Shown here piece by piece: positions 9,743 through 20,327 of a stretch of DNA of 64,000 nucleotides. A program made the position numbers and the translations under genes. The DNA is from Nitrospirota bacterium (GTDB lineage: Bacteria > Nitrospirota > Nitrospiria > 2-01-FULL-66-17): positions 352,001 to 416,000 of the forward strand of contig JBMOMC010000002.1 of assembly GCA_049325335.1 (NCBI GenBank), written 5' to 3'. Under the pieces are notes generated by a model that was given only the letters and a program-made list of their open reading frames with translations, was not told where the DNA came from and searched no databases. The first letter of the stretch is position 1. Every line of letters starts with the position of its first letter.

Positions 9743-10849
9743 TCACCCGGCGGCTCGATCCAACCGCCAGAGGAGGATCACCACGCCGGCGGCCAACACC
9801 GCGTTCGGCAGCGCCGCCGCCGCGAGGGGCGGGAGCCACCCGCGGGCGGCCGCGTCCGCCGCGATCATCAACACATAATACGCCCCGATCGCGAGCACGC
9901 CGAACGCAAACCCGCTGAGGCGCCCGGTCCGGCCGGTCGAAAGTCCGAGGGGCACGCCGAGCACGCCCAACCAGAACGTGGCGAGGGGGAACGCCAGGTC
10001 TTTGTATGTTGTAAACAGCGCGTGGGTGGTCTCGGCGGACACCGACCCGGTGTCACGGCGTTCGGCCCGGGCGCGCGCGCGCAACGCGGGTAGGGACTCC
10101 TGATCGGGCTCGACCCGCGCGCCTGATTGCAGGCGCGACGGGTCCAGTTTGACCTCGTAACTCTGAAACTTGGCGAGTTGATACCGGTCGGGGTCGTGAC
10201 CGCCCGGTGCGCGGTGCAGGCTGCCCTGGTGCAGGCGCAGGCTGAACGCGGACTCGCCGTCGTTGAGGAATGCGCCGTGATCCGCCAAAATCAGCCATTC
10301 CGAACCCTTTACGCGTTCGTCCACGATCAGCACGCCTTCCATCCGATTCGGTTCCGGCACCCGCTCGACGTACAGGGTCATCCCGGCGAGGCCGTCGTTG
10401 AACGCGCCTTCCGTGACCGCGAGCGTTGCCTGTTGCTTGAGCAGATCGCCGGTTAACCCGCGAAAGGACCGCCCGCTCCAGGGTTCACCCACCAACGCGA
10501 TGGCGTAGACGGCCGCGCAGAGGACGGCGGAAAAGACCGCGGCCGGCCAGACCAGGCGGCGGGTCGGACAGCCGGTGGCGCGCAAGGCCAGGATTTCACG
10601 GTCCGCGGCCAAGCGATTAAACGCGCCGATCGTGGCCATCATGGCGGCGATCGGCACGGTGACCACGAAAAACGCGGGCAACAGGGCGGCGAAGATGCGG
10701 AGCAGGGTCCCCGAATCCACGCCGCGGTTCACCAACAGGTCCACCAGCCGCAACGCCTGTTGCGTGACCAGTAAAAAAGCGAGCGCCGCCACGCTTAGCG
10801 CGAAGGGGAACAGCAATTCCTTGACCAAGTACCGGGAAAGAATCGTCAC
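9743..10849 (-). CDS. lptF: LPS export ABC permease LptF
   Basis: TILSRYLVKE, RLAADREILALRATG, EGAFN, LPPLAAAALPN. Confidence 0.85.
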   Translation of the reverse strand: MTILSRYLVKELLFPFALSVAALAFLLVTQQALRLVDLLVNRGVDSGTLLRIFAALLPAFFVVTVPIAAMMATIGAFNRLAADREILALRATGCPTRRLVWPAAVFSAVLCAAVYAIALVGEPWSGRSFRGLTGDLLKQQATLAVTEGAFNDGLAGMTLYVERVPEPNRMEGVLIVDERVKGSEWLILADHGAFLNDGESAFSLRLHQGSLHRAPGGHDPDRYQLAKFQSYEVKLDPSRLQSGARVEPDQESLPALRARARAERRDTGSVSAETTHALFTTYKDLAFPLATFWLGVLGVPLGLSTGRTGRLSGFAFGVLAIGAYYVLMIAADAAARGWLPPLAAAALPNAVLAAGVVILLWRLDRAAG

Positions 10850-11023
10850 GCACGCTCTCGATGGCCGGCTCACTATATCGAAAGGCCGCCGACCGCGCAA
10901 TCCACCGGGCCGACCGACGTGGCCCAACGGGCCGCCGCGGCCGGAAGTCTTGACACGAACTCACCCTCTGTTACAGTTTGGTCCAGGTACCGTCGCCGTG
11001 AGCGGCCATCTCCCGGAGGATCC

Positions 11024-13204
11024 GTGGCATCCGATAAGAATTCGATTATTCTCAACGCGCAGCGTTTAACGGCCAAGGGGGAGATCGATAAGGCGATCGA
11101 GGCGTGGAAGTCGCTGATCGCGGAAACCCCGAACGACGGCAATATCTACAACACGATCGGCGATCTGTATCTGAAGAAAAACGCCGGCGCCAAGGCGATC
11201 GAGGCCTTTCTCAAGGCCGGCACCACGTTCCAAGACGCCGGGTTCGCGCTCAAAACCATCGCGGTCTACAAAAAAATCATCAAACTCGACCCGTCCCGCA
11301 TGGACGTCGTGTTAAAACTCGCCGACGTCAACGCGGAGCGCGGCATCGTGGGCAACGCCATCGAGGATTACCTCAAGGTGGCCCGTCACGAGCTCAAGGA
11401 AGGGCGCGGCAAGTCTGCCATCGACGTGTACCGCAAGATGGCGGCCTTGGATCCCGGTAATCCCACGATCGGCGTAAAGCTCGCGGAACTCTGCCAAAAG
11501 GAAGGCATGGTTCGCGAGGCGAAGGAAGAACTCACGCGCGTGGCCAGCCATCTCGAGGCCGCGGGCAAAACCGAGGGGTTGTCGGAAATCCGCGCGAAGT
11601 TGGCGGAGCTTGGCGGGGGAGCGGAACCGGATCCGGCTCCCGATCCGGCCCCGGCGGCCGCCCACGTGAGCGGGTCCGGGCCTTCCATGAGCGCCGAAAC
11701 CACGCTCATGAGCGAAGCCGCGCCTCCGCGCGTTGAACCGTCAGGCCCCGCGCCGGTCGTTCCCGAAGCGGAGCCGATGTTGGAGCCGACGCGATTGCGC
11801 ACGGCGCAGGAGTTCGACGAAACCACCCACGAACGGTTGCGCGACGCCCTGACGGAAACGGACGTGTACATCAAGTACGGGATGATGGATAAGGCCATCG
11901 CCCACGTCAAAGCGTTGGCTCAGCGCGATCCCAATGATATCAACGTCCAACTGAAATTAAAGGACCTCTACGTCGCGCAAGGCGACACCCAAACCGCGGC
12001 CGACACGTGCCGACGCTTGGCGGAGATCTACGGCGTGATGGGGCAGGAGGCGGAACGCGAAGCCGTCCTTCGCGAGGCGGAAGAATTGTGTCCGTCGTCC
12101 GCGGCGAGTGAGCCCGTTCGGGTCGAGCCCGTTGCGGATCCGATAGATGTGATCGCGGATCCGCCCGGGGAAGCCGCGCCGGCGGCCGGGGATGCGGTCA
12201 GCCCGCAAGACTCCTTGGAGCAGGATCTGGCTGAAGCCGACTTCTATTTTCAACAGGGTTTCGACGACGAAGCCAGGAAACTGTTCGACGCGATCTTGGC
12301 CAAGTCCCCGGGGCACCTCACGGCAAGCCAGCGGCTCAAGGAATTGCAGGCTCGCGCGCCCAGCAACCGACCGGCGGAGGCGTCGATCGCCCCGGCGCCT
12401 GTCGGCGCCGAACCCGAACCCGAACCCGAGGCGGCGACGCTCCAGCAGTCGGCCGTGGAGGAAACGAGTCTCGGCGCAAGCCTGACCGTCAACGCACCCG
12501 TGGTGGAACGTCCGCTCGCCGCATCCAGTCTGCCGCCGCGGTCCGCGGAGACCACCAAGGAAGAAGAGTACATCGACCTGGTCGAGGCGTTGAAGGAAGA
12601 CATGGAGCGCAGTCTTCCGCCGCCCGAGGACGCGGAACTAAGCCAGGAGTTGTCGGCCGAGCGCGAGTTGGAAAACGTGTTTCGCAAATTTCAAAAGGGG
12701 ATCCAAGACCAGTACGGAAAAGAGGATTACGAAACCCACTACAACCTCGGAGTCGCCTACCGGGAGATGGGGCTGCTCAACGAGGCGATCGGGGAATTTC
12801 GTCTGGTGCTCAAATCCCCGGATCGCGCGATCGCGGCCGCGGCCATGATCGCGGCCTGTTATCGCGCCAAGGGGGCGTTGCCGCGCGCCGAAGAAATATT
12901 GTTGGAGATCTTGAACGACCCGCGGTATGCCTCGGCTCAAGGTCTCGGCGGTCTGGCGTTTGAGCTGGGACAGATCTTGGAGGTCCAGGGCCGACACGAT
13001 GACGCCTTGGCGCAGTATTACCGCGCCAAAGAATTGGAGCCCGATCATCGGGAGGCGGCGGGGCGAATCGCGCAGCTCGAGCGACCGCGCATCGCGGTGG
13101 GGCAGTCGCCGGTCGCGGCGCCCGGCGTCACCGGGCGGCCGGCGACCCCGCAACCCGCGAAACAAGACACGCGAGCGGACCGAAAGAAAGTGTCGTACTT
13201 GTGA
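11024..13204 (+). CDS. Multi-TPR protein, SgmX-like architecture
   Basis: N-terminal TPR cluster, Pro/Ala/Glu linkers, LTETDVYIKYG and EADFYFQQG motifs, EDYETHYNLGVAYREMGL, C-terminal KKVSYL; SD GGAGG before GTG. Confidence 0.75.
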   Translation: MASDKNSIILNAQRLTAKGEIDKAIEAWKSLIAETPNDGNIYNTIGDLYLKKNAGAKAIEAFLKAGTTFQDAGFALKTIAVYKKIIKLDPSRMDVVLKLADVNAERGIVGNAIEDYLKVARHELKEGRGKSAIDVYRKMAALDPGNPTIGVKLAELCQKEGMVREAKEELTRVASHLEAAGKTEGLSEIRAKLAELGGGAEPDPAPDPAPAAAHVSGSGPSMSAETTLMSEAAPPRVEPSGPAPVVPEAEPMLEPTRLRTAQEFDETTHERLRDALTETDVYIKYGMMDKAIAHVKALAQRDPNDINVQLKLKDLYVAQGDTQTAADTCRRLAEIYGVMGQEAEREAVLREAEELCPSSAASEPVRVEPVADPIDVIADPPGEAAPAAGDAVSPQDSLEQDLAEADFYFQQGFDDEARKLFDAILAKSPGHLTASQRLKELQARAPSNRPAEASIAPAPVGAEPEPEPEAATLQQSAVEETSLGASLTVNAPVVERPLAASSLPPRSAETTKEEEYIDLVEALKEDMERSLPPPEDAELSQELSAERELENVFRKFQKGIQDQYGKEDYETHYNLGVAYREMGLLNEAIGEFRLVLKSPDRAIAAAAMIAACYRAKGALPRAEEILLEILNDPRYASAQGLGGLAFELGQILEVQGRHDDALAQYYRAKELEPDHREAAGRIAQLERPRIAVGQSPVAAPGVTGRPATPQPAKQDTRADRKKVSYL

Positions 13205-13228
13205 ACCGAGAGGACGTGAGGGGACGCC

Positions 13229-14062
13229 GTGAGCTACCTTGACTACTACCAACTTCGCGAGCAACCGTTTTCCATCACCGTGGACCCTAAATTCTACTAC
13301 AGCAGCCAACAACATAACGACGCGCTTGTGCGCTTGATGTACGCGGCCAGCGAGCGCAAGGGGCTGGCGGTGCTGGTGGGAGAGGTCGGGGCGGGGAAAA
13401 CCACGGTGGCGCGCCGCCTGCTCGATCAGTTGGATGAGACGCAGTTCGAATCGGTCTTGATGATCATCGTCCATGCGGCGATTACGTCGGAATGGTTGCT
13501 GAAAAAAATCGCGACGCAGTTGGGCGTGGAGCAGCCCGCGGAGGATTCGCCCGGCATTCTCTCGCAACTGTCGCAGCGGTTGGTCGACTTGTTCGAGCAG
13601 GGCAAGAAAGTCGTGGTGTTGATCGACGAAGCCCAAATGCTCAACAGCCGCGAGATCATGGAAGAGTTTCGCGGGATTCTCAACATGGAGATGGACGGCC
13701 AGAAATTGATCACGTTTGTGTTGTTCGGATTGCCCGAACTCGATCAAACGTTGTCCCTGGACGGACCGCTCGCGCAGCGGGTAGCGATTCGGTACCAGTT
13801 GCGCGCGTTTACCGAAGCGATCACCCGCGATTACATCACGTTCCGGCTCAAGGTCGCGGGCAGCACGCAGAGCCCGTTTACGTCCGGCGCGGTCGCCGCG
13901 ATTCATCGCGTCACCGGCGGGACGCCGCGTCTGATCAACACATTGTGCGACAACGCGCTGCTCGAAGGGTTCCTACGCAAGCTCACGCCGATCGACGAAT
14001 CCCTGATCCGGGAAATCGCGGTCGGGTTAAAACTGGACGAACCGCTCGCGTCCGCGGCCTGA
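13229..14062 (+). CDS. ExeA/GspA family AAA ATPase
   Basis: YLDYYQLREQPFS, GEVGAGKTT, LIDEAQ, GTPRLINTLCDNALL. Confidence 0.9.
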   Translation: MSYLDYYQLREQPFSITVDPKFYYSSQQHNDALVRLMYAASERKGLAVLVGEVGAGKTTVARRLLDQLDETQFESVLMIIVHAAITSEWLLKKIATQLGVEQPAEDSPGILSQLSQRLVDLFEQGKKVVVLIDEAQMLNSREIMEEFRGILNMEMDGQKLITFVLFGLPELDQTLSLDGPLAQRVAIRYQLRAFTEAITRDYITFRLKVAGSTQSPFTSGAVAAIHRVTGGTPRLINTLCDNALLEGFLRKLTPIDESLIREIAVGLKLDEPLASAA

Positions 14063-14188
14063 TTCCGCGCGGGTTTCGCGCGCGTCGGCTTGCAATTTAT
14101 TCCGTCTTTCGCTAGGGTAGCCCCCGCTCGCCCGCGCCGTCCGCCTGAGGGCTCGGCGGCGCGCGATCCGCGAGGACGGGGTTTTCGA

Positions 14189-15502
14189 ATGTCGAAACGC
14201 GTGTTCATCAAGACGTGGGGATGCCAGATGAACGAGCATGACGCCGAACGCATGGCGGGGCTCGTGGCGCCCTTGGGGTACGAGGTGACGTCCGAGGCTC
14301 ACGACGCGGACCTCATCCTGCTCAACACGTGCAGCATCCGCGAAAAGGCCGAACAAAAGGTCTACAGCGATTTGGGCCGGTTGGCCGAACTCAAGGCGGT
14401 GCGGCCTCACGTGGTGATCGGGGTGGCCGGGTGCGTGGCCCAGCAGGAAGGCGAGGCCCTTATTCGCCGTTCGCCCGCGGTTGATCTGGTCTTCGGCTCC
14501 AAGGGCATCGAGAAGCTGCCCGATCTGCTCTCCGAGGCGCTGACCACGCGGCGGAAAATCGTTTATACCGACGATCCGATCGGCATCGCGCCCACGTTGC
14601 CGGCCGACCGGCGGGAGACGGTGCGCGCGTGGGTGTCGATCATGGAGGGCTGCGACAACGCGTGCAGCTTTTGCGTGGTGCCCGCGACGCGCGGCCGCGA
14701 GCGCAGCCGCCTGAGTCGCGAAATCTATGACGAAGTGGCGGGGTTGTGCGTCGCAGGGTGCCGCGAAGTGACCTTGCTCGGGCAGAACGTGAATTCGTAC
14801 GGGCGGACGTCGTCGGAGGGCGTGGACTTCCCTGACCTCCTCGACCGACTGCATCCCATCGACGGACTGGCGCGGATTCGGTTCACCACGTCGCACCCGA
14901 ATGCCATGACGCCCAAGTTGATCGACGCGCTGGCTCGGCTTCCGAAGGTGTGTCGGCATCTGCATCTTCCGTTACAGGCCGGGTCGGACCGTACCTTGGC
15001 CCGGATGCGACGCGGCTATACGCTGGCGGAGTATGTTTCGATCATCGAGGCGCTGCGACGGCGAATCCCGGAATTGACCTTGACCACGGACATCATCGTG
15101 GGGTTCCCCGGTGAGACCCAGGAAGATTTCACGGAGACGGTTCGCGCGCTTGACGACATCCAATTCGACAACATCTACGCGTTCAAATATTCTCGCCGTC
15201 CCCGCACCGAAGCGTTGTCGTTGGACGACCACGTCCCGGAGCCCGAGAAGGACCGGCGTCTCCAGGAAACCTTGTCGGCGCAACGGCCCATCGCGCGGGT
15301 GAAGAACGAGCGCTACCAAGACCGCATCGAGGAGGTCTTGGTAGAAGGCCCTAGCAAGACGGACCGAACGCGGTTAGCGGGACGCACCTCATGTAATCGG
15401 ATCGTAAATTTTGACGGCCCGTCGTCGCTCATCGGCTCGCTTCTCTCGCTACGGGTGACGCGGGTGAAGGCCAATTCGTTGGAGGGGAGCCTGTTGGTTT
15501 GA
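14189..15502 (+). CDS. miaB: tRNA-2-methylthio-N6-dimethylallyladenosine synthase MiaB
   Basis: TWGCQMNEHD, NTCSIREKAE, GCDNACSFC radical SAM motif, TRAM domain. Confidence 0.95.
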   Translation: MSKRVFIKTWGCQMNEHDAERMAGLVAPLGYEVTSEAHDADLILLNTCSIREKAEQKVYSDLGRLAELKAVRPHVVIGVAGCVAQQEGEALIRRSPAVDLVFGSKGIEKLPDLLSEALTTRRKIVYTDDPIGIAPTLPADRRETVRAWVSIMEGCDNACSFCVVPATRGRERSRLSREIYDEVAGLCVAGCREVTLLGQNVNSYGRTSSEGVDFPDLLDRLHPIDGLARIRFTTSHPNAMTPKLIDALARLPKVCRHLHLPLQAGSDRTLARMRRGYTLAEYVSIIEALRRRIPELTLTTDIIVGFPGETQEDFTETVRALDDIQFDNIYAFKYSRRPRTEALSLDDHVPEPEKDRRLQETLSAQRPIARVKNERYQDRIEEVLVEGPSKTDRTRLAGRTSCNRIVNFDGPSSLIGSLLSLRVTRVKANSLEGSLLV

Positions 15503-15930
15503 GCCACGAGGCGAACCGGTCCCGCCTGGTCCGTCGGATCATGGCTGCGGGGAGCGCCGCGTGGTGGACTGCATCCGGCGCGTACGCGGTGGCGATCTTC
15601 GTGTTCTCGTCCCAATCCACTCCGTTGGGTGTCGAGCACCTGCCCCCCTTCACGGACAAACTCATTCACGCATTGGTGTTCGGCGGATTGTCGTGGTGTC
15701 TTTGCATGGCGTGGCAACGTTCGTTTCCGGGGTGTCCCGCAGCCTGGCCGGTGATCACCATGACCGCGTTGTACGGTCTGTCTGACGAGATTCACCAGTC
15801 GTTCGTTCCCGGCCGTTCGATGGATACGTGGGACCTTGCGGCGGATACGGTCGGGGCCTGTGCGGTGCAATGGGGAATGGCGACGCGTCGGTTGGTGTCC
15901 TCATGGGAGGCGGCACAGCGCGCACGATGA
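15499..15930 (+). CDS. VanZ family membrane protein
   Basis: DKLIHALVFG, YGLSDEIHQSFVPGR, DLAAD. Confidence 0.85.
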   Translation: MSHEANRSRLVRRIMAAGSAAWWTASGAYAVAIFVFSSQSTPLGVEHLPPFTDKLIHALVFGGLSWCLCMAWQRSFPGCPAAWPVITMTALYGLSDEIHQSFVPGRSMDTWDLAADTVGACAVQWGMATRRLVSSWEAAQRAR

Positions 15931-17369
15931 CGAATCAACACGTCTACGCGGTTATTCTCGCGGGCGGGAGCGGGACGCGGTTTTGGCCGCTCTCGCGCCG
16001 GTTGGCCCCGAAACAGCTCTTGTCGTTGACGAGCGACCGGACCATGCTGCAGGAGACGGTGCTGCGGGTCGTGCCCACCGTGGCGGCCGACCGGATTTGG
16101 GTCGTGACGGGTCGGGATTTGGCGGACGAGACGAACCGACAGTTGCGCGCGGTCGGCATGCAGGCCACAGTGCTGGGCGAACCGGTGGGGCGCAACACGG
16201 CTCTGGCCATTGCCGTGACGGCCCGGCGGTTGGCCCACCGCGATCCGGACGCCGTGATGGTGGTGTTGCCGGCCGACCACGCGATCGCCAAACCCGAGGG
16301 ATTTCGCGCGTGCCTGGACGGCGCGATCGCGGTGGCGCGCGCGGGCTACCTGGTGACGATGGGGATCGTGCCGCATCGGCCGGAGACCGGCTACGGGTAC
16401 ATCAAACGCGGAGACGCGCTGGCGGTGGAGACAGGGGGGCGAACGGCTCCTCCCACGGTGTTTCGCGTCGAACGGTTCGTGGAAAAGCCCGACCGCGCGA
16501 CCGCGGAACGCTACGTGACGGACGGCTCATACGCGTGGAACTCAGGGATGTTCGTCTGGCGCGCCGCCGCGATTTTGGAGGAACTGAGTCGTCACGCGCC
16601 GAACGTGGCCGCGGCGGGTGACCGAATCGCAGCAGCGATGGCCGCCGGCGACAACACCGCGGTTCGGAATCTGTACGAGGCGGCCGAGTCCGTGTCCATT
16701 GATTATGCCGTGATGGAGCGTTCCACGCGGGTCGCGGTGATCCCGGCGGACTTCGGATGGAACGACGTGGGAAGCTGGGCTGCGCTGGATGACGTCGCCA
16801 CCAAGGACGCGCGGGGCAACGTGGTCAGCGGGCGGGTGGTGGACGTGGACAGCCGCAATTCCATCCTGTACGCGCAAGACCGCGTGGTCGCCGCCATTGG
16901 GCTGAATGATCTGGTCGTGGTGGATACGCCGGATGCCACATTGGTGTGCGCCAAGGAACGCGCGCAGGACGTGCGCAAGGTGGTGGACGCGTTGGAGGCG
17001 CAACGCGCCCAGGAACACGTGGTGCACAAGACGGTCCAACGTCCGTGGGGCACGTACACCGTGCTCGAGGAGGGGCCGGGGTACAAGATCAAACGCATCG
17101 CGGTGAGCCCCACGTCGCGACTGAGCCTGCAAATGCATCACAAGCGGAGTGAGCACTGGGTGGTGGTGGCCGGGACCGCGCGGGTCACGTGTGGGGATAA
17201 GGTGTACGACGTGAAGACCAACGAGAGCACCTACATCCCGCCGCAGACCAAGCATCGTCTGGAGAACGCGGATCCGTCGGTGACATTGGAGATTATCGAA
17301 GTACAAAACGGTCCCTACCTGGGCGAGGACGACATCGTGCGGTTCGACGACGATTTTGGAAGGAAGTGA
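15927..17369 (+). CDS. manC: Mannose-1-phosphate guanylyltransferase/mannose-6-phosphate isomerase
   Basis: ILAGGSGTRFWPLSR, ETGYGYI, FVEKP, C-terminal cupin RPWG..LSLQMHHKRSEHW. Confidence 0.95.
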   Translation: MTNQHVYAVILAGGSGTRFWPLSRRLAPKQLLSLTSDRTMLQETVLRVVPTVAADRIWVVTGRDLADETNRQLRAVGMQATVLGEPVGRNTALAIAVTARRLAHRDPDAVMVVLPADHAIAKPEGFRACLDGAIAVARAGYLVTMGIVPHRPETGYGYIKRGDALAVETGGRTAPPTVFRVERFVEKPDRATAERYVTDGSYAWNSGMFVWRAAAILEELSRHAPNVAAAGDRIAAAMAAGDNTAVRNLYEAAESVSIDYAVMERSTRVAVIPADFGWNDVGSWAALDDVATKDARGNVVSGRVVDVDSRNSILYAQDRVVAAIGLNDLVVVDTPDATLVCAKERAQDVRKVVDALEAQRAQEHVVHKTVQRPWGTYTVLEEGPGYKIKRIAVSPTSRLSLQMHHKRSEHWVVVAGTARVTCGDKVYDVKTNESTYIPPQTKHRLENADPSVTLEIIEVQNGPYLGEDDIVRFDDDFGRK

Positions 17370-17391
17370 AGAAGGGCTGCGTGGCGAGATC

Positions 17392-18789
17392 ATGAGCATT
17401 TACCGTGAATACGATATCCGGGGCGTGGTCGGCCGGGACCTCACGTTCGACGTGGTGGAGCGGATCGGTGTGGCGTACGGCACTACGGTGCGCCGATCCG
17501 GCGGATCCAAGGTCGCGATCGGCCGTGACGTGCGCGACCACTCCATGCCGATTCGGGATCGCCTGGCCGCTGGGATTACGTCCGCCGGAGTCCACGTGGT
17601 GGACCTAGACGTGTGCCCCACGCCGCTGCTCTACTACTCGCTCTTTCACCTCGCGGTGGACGGCGGGGTGATGATCACGGGCAGCCATAACCCCCCGGAG
17701 TTCAACGGCCTGAAGATGTGCGTGGGCCGCGAGGCGATCTACGGCGACGCGATCCAATTATTGCGTCGACTGGTTGAGAGCGGGGAGCGCGAACGCGGGC
17801 AGGGAACGCGGTCGGACTACGCGATCATCTCCCCGTACCTCAAGGAGGTCACCGGTCAGTTCGTCGAGCGCGTGAAGGCGCACGATCGCAGGCCGCTGCG
17901 CGTGGTGGTGGACTCGGGGAATGGGGTGGCCGGCTTGGTTGCGCCCGCATTGCTCCGCGCCATCGGGTGCGACGTCATCGAACTGTACAGCGAGCCGGAC
18001 GCGCGTTTTCCGCACCATCATCCCGATCCCACCGTACTGGACAACCTCCGGGATCTGATCGCAGCGGTCGCCCGCCATCGAGCCGATCTCGGCATCGCGT
18101 ACGACGGGGACGCGGATCGGATCGGGGTCGTGGACGAGCGCGGGGACGTATTGTGGGGCGACCGATTGCTGGCATTGCTCGCAGGGCCGGTGTTGGTGGA
18201 TCATCCCGGCGCGCCGGTGATTGCCGAGGCCAAGTGCTCGCAGGTGCTCTACGACGAGATCGCCAGGCGGGGCGGAAAAGCTGTGATGTGGAAGACCGGA
18301 CACTCGTTGATCAAAGCACGGATGAAGGAGTTGGGTGCGCCGCTCGCGGGAGAGATGAGCGGCCACCTGTTTTTCGCGGACCGGTATTACGGGTTCGACG
18401 ATGCGATGTACGCGTCGTGCCGTGTGGTCGAGTTGCTCGTGCGGGAAGGCAGGCCCTTGTCGGCGCTCGCGGCCGCATTGCCGACGACCGTGGTGACCCC
18501 CGAAATTCGCATGGACTGCCCCGACGAGCAGAAGTTCGGCGTGGTCGCCCGCGTGCAGACATTCTTCCGAGACGCGCGCACGAAGCCCGGTGCGTTTCCG
18601 CTGCCGATCCTCGATGTGATCGACGTGGATGGGGTGCGCGTGCGCATGCCCCACGGGTGGGGACTGGTCCGGGCCTCCAATACCCAGCCGGTCTTGGTGC
18701 TCCGATTCGAATCGGACACCGAAGCGCACCTTTCGGAGATCCGATCCGCGATGGAATCACGGGTCAAGGAGTGTTGGTCCGCCTCCTGA
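17392..18789 (+). CDS. Phosphomannomutase/phosphoglucomutase
   Basis: YREYDIRG, ITGSHNP, DGDADR, GEMSGH, RASNTQP. Confidence 0.95.
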   Translation: MSIYREYDIRGVVGRDLTFDVVERIGVAYGTTVRRSGGSKVAIGRDVRDHSMPIRDRLAAGITSAGVHVVDLDVCPTPLLYYSLFHLAVDGGVMITGSHNPPEFNGLKMCVGREAIYGDAIQLLRRLVESGERERGQGTRSDYAIISPYLKEVTGQFVERVKAHDRRPLRVVVDSGNGVAGLVAPALLRAIGCDVIELYSEPDARFPHHHPDPTVLDNLRDLIAAVARHRADLGIAYDGDADRIGVVDERGDVLWGDRLLALLAGPVLVDHPGAPVIAEAKCSQVLYDEIARRGGKAVMWKTGHSLIKARMKELGAPLAGEMSGHLFFADRYYGFDDAMYASCRVVELLVREGRPLSALAAALPTTVVTPEIRMDCPDEQKFGVVARVQTFFRDARTKPGAFPLPILDVIDVDGVRVRMPHGWGLVRASNTQPVLVLRFESDTEAHLSEIRSAMESRVKECWSAS

Positions 18790-20327
18790 TTCTTGCGGCG
18801 CTCTTGGCCGGGGCGTGCCGAGCTCCGGCGAGTTCCGACAACACGTTCCGCATGGTCTTGTCCAACGAGCCGCCCACGCTCGATTGGTCGCTTGCCACTG
18901 ACAGCGTCTCGATCACGGTGATCGAAAACCTGATGGACGGGCTCACGCGGTTCGACCGGGATTTGCGGCCCGTGCCTGCGGTGGCCGCAACCTGGGACGT
19001 GTCGGACCAGGGCCGGCGGTACGTGTTCCATCTGCGTCCCGAGGTGCAATGGTCCGACGGCGCTCCAGTGACCGCTGGCGACTTTGAATACGCTTGGAAG
19101 CGCCTGCTCGATCCCAAGACCGCGGCGCAGTACGCGTATTTTCTCTACCCAGTGGCCAACGCCAAGGCGTATAACACCGGGGCGCTGGCCGATGCGTCAA
19201 CAGTCGGGGTTCGGGCGCTCTCCGCCACGGAGTTGGAGGTGCTACTCGATCGACCTCTGGCGTATTTCCCGAGCCTGACCACGTTCATGGTGACGTTCCC
19301 GCAGCGTCGGGACCTCATCGAGCGATACGGGGATCACTGGACCGATCCCGGCCGCTTGGTGACCAACGGCCCGTTCCGGCTCGACTCGTGGCGGCACGAA
19401 TACCGCCTGCTGCTGTCGGCCAATCCTACGTATTACGGGGGTAAGCCCGCAATCGATCGCGTGGCCATGTACGTGGTCAATGAACGGACGACCGAACTGA
19501 CCCTGTACGAAACCGGGGACCTCGACTACGCGCAATTGCCGCCCGAAGCGATCCCGTCATTCGAAGGCGCGCCCGAGCACAGGCGGTTGCCGATTTTGCG
19601 CGGCTATTACGCGGGGTTCAACGTGACCAAGCCGCCGTTTACCGACGCGCGGGTTCGGCAAGCGTTCGCGCTGGCCATCGACCGCGAGGAGTTCCCCAAT
19701 ATCTTGCGGGGCGGGGAGCGCGCGGCGCGCGGGTGGGTGCCGCCCGGTATGTTCGGGTACGAGCCGGACGTCGGCTTGCCGTACGATCCGGATCGCGCGC
19801 GGCGATTGTTGGCCGAGGCGGGATTTCCCGAAGGCCGAGGGCTACCCCCCGTCGAGTATGTGTTCAACACCGGGCCGGTCAACACGTTAATCGCGGAGAA
19901 TCTCCAGGCTCAATGGAAACGGAACTTGAACGTGGACGTGCGGTTGGACAATGTGGAGTGGAAGGTGTATTTGAAGCGCCTGGAGCAGGACGCGCCTGCG
20001 ATATTCCGCTTGGGGTGGGGCGCGGACTATCCTGATCCGGATAATTTTCTCGCGCTCTTTACCAAGGATTCGGGCAACAACCACACGCGGTGGGCGAACG
20101 CCCATTACGACGCGCTGATCGCGGACGCGGCGAGCGAGTCGGACTCGAACCGCCGACTGACCATGTATCGCGAGGCGCAGCGATTGTTGACCGAGCAAGA
20201 CGTGCCGATCATCCCCTTGTTCACCCACGTTCAAAACATGCTGGTCAAACCGTGGGTCCGAGGCCTCGATGTCAACGCCATGGAAATCATGTCACTACAA
20301 GGCGTCAGTATGGGCGGTCGCCGGTGA
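18771..20327 (+). CDS. oppA: Oligopeptide ABC transporter substrate-binding lipoprotein
   Basis: Lipobox LAGAC, EPPTLD, WSDGAPVTAGDF, NGPF, GWGADYPDP. Confidence 0.9.
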   Translation: MLVRLLILAALLAGACRAPASSDNTFRMVLSNEPPTLDWSLATDSVSITVIENLMDGLTRFDRDLRPVPAVAATWDVSDQGRRYVFHLRPEVQWSDGAPVTAGDFEYAWKRLLDPKTAAQYAYFLYPVANAKAYNTGALADASTVGVRALSATELEVLLDRPLAYFPSLTTFMVTFPQRRDLIERYGDHWTDPGRLVTNGPFRLDSWRHEYRLLLSANPTYYGGKPAIDRVAMYVVNERTTELTLYETGDLDYAQLPPEAIPSFEGAPEHRRLPILRGYYAGFNVTKPPFTDARVRQAFALAIDREEFPNILRGGERAARGWVPPGMFGYEPDVGLPYDPDRARRLLAEAGFPEGRGLPPVEYVFNTGPVNTLIAENLQAQWKRNLNVDVRLDNVEWKVYLKRLEQDAPAIFRLGWGADYPDPDNFLALFTKDSGNNHTRWANAHYDALIADAASESDSNRRLTMYREAQRLLTEQDVPIIPLFTHVQNMLVKPWVRGLDVNAMEIMSLQGVSMGGRR

